DNA of 64,000 nucleotides from Macrostomum lignano (Eukaryota): NCBI GenBank assembly GCA_002269645.1, contig NIVC01002045.1, positions 62,001 to 126,000 of the forward strand, read 5' to 3'. Shown piece by piece: positions 63,659 to 64,000 of this stretch (position 1 is its first letter; each line of letters starts with the position of its first letter). The notes under the pieces were generated by a model. It saw only the letters and a program-made list of their open reading frames with translations, ran no database searches and was not told where the DNA came from. The position numbers and the translations under genes were made by a program.

Positions 63659-63957
63659 GCCAGGAGCTCATGAGCTGCCTCCATCCAGATCCTCGATGCA
63701 GCTGCCCCAGTTGCTGCTTATCACATCCAAACTCGGACAATCCAGCGGAGAACAAACACCAGCTCCACCACCAGCTGCAGCACCAGCTCCAATACCAGTC
63801 TCAGTCCCAGCTGATGGCCATCAGTGACAGCGCCAGCACGAGCCGCAGCATCAGCAGCGTCAGCAGCGTCAGCAGCAGCAGCAGCGAATTCGACTGCTTC
63901 GATGCGCAGTCATTCGCTGAATTTCTGGGAGGCCTGGACGTTACGCAGCTCTTATAG
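62954..63957 (+). CDS. Sox HMG-box transcription factor, SoxE-like; exons 62954-63272, 63503-63957
   Basis: [78 protein letters not shown]. The phase-1 intron at LG| matches the SoxE/F position, and KYQPRR is SoxE-type. Confidence 0.9.
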
Positions 63958-64000
63958 AGTCGGATCTTTGAGCTTTTTGTTGAGAACTGATAAGAGAAAA

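Overview
Eukaryotic (invertebrate animal) genomic DNA with spliceosomal introns, GC-rich exons, AT-rich 5' regions and a very high load of intronic minisatellites. The style resembles a free-living flatworm such as Macrostomum, but that is inference only. Nine gene models were built by hand from GT-AG boundaries and frame continuity: the 3' half of a nicotinic acetylcholine receptor subunit (+), a class V PLP aminotransferase/cysteine desulfurase-like gene (-), an abLIM/UNC-115-like gene (-), two tandem paralogous secreted proteins with a shared domain I cannot assign to a family (one carries 2 WSC domains) (-), an atypical rhodopsin-type GPCR (-), Dnmt2/TRDMT1 (-), Rab2 (-, 15 kb) and a SoxE-like HMG gene (+). 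Mobile DNA includes an intact Ty3/Gypsy (Mag-like) LTR element inserted into a 43-bp satellite in a Rab2 intron, a deleted Tc1 element, a Crypton/DUF3504-like relic, tRNA-derived SINE-like copies and MITE-like inverted repeats. The most unusual items are the secreted-protein pair, two 28S rRNA-derived segments coupled to AG|GT splice motifs in a CpG-depleted block of Rab2 intron 1, and a Dnmt2 intron made of an in-frame tandem array of its own splice acceptor. Most long ORFs in the supplied track are repeat artefacts.
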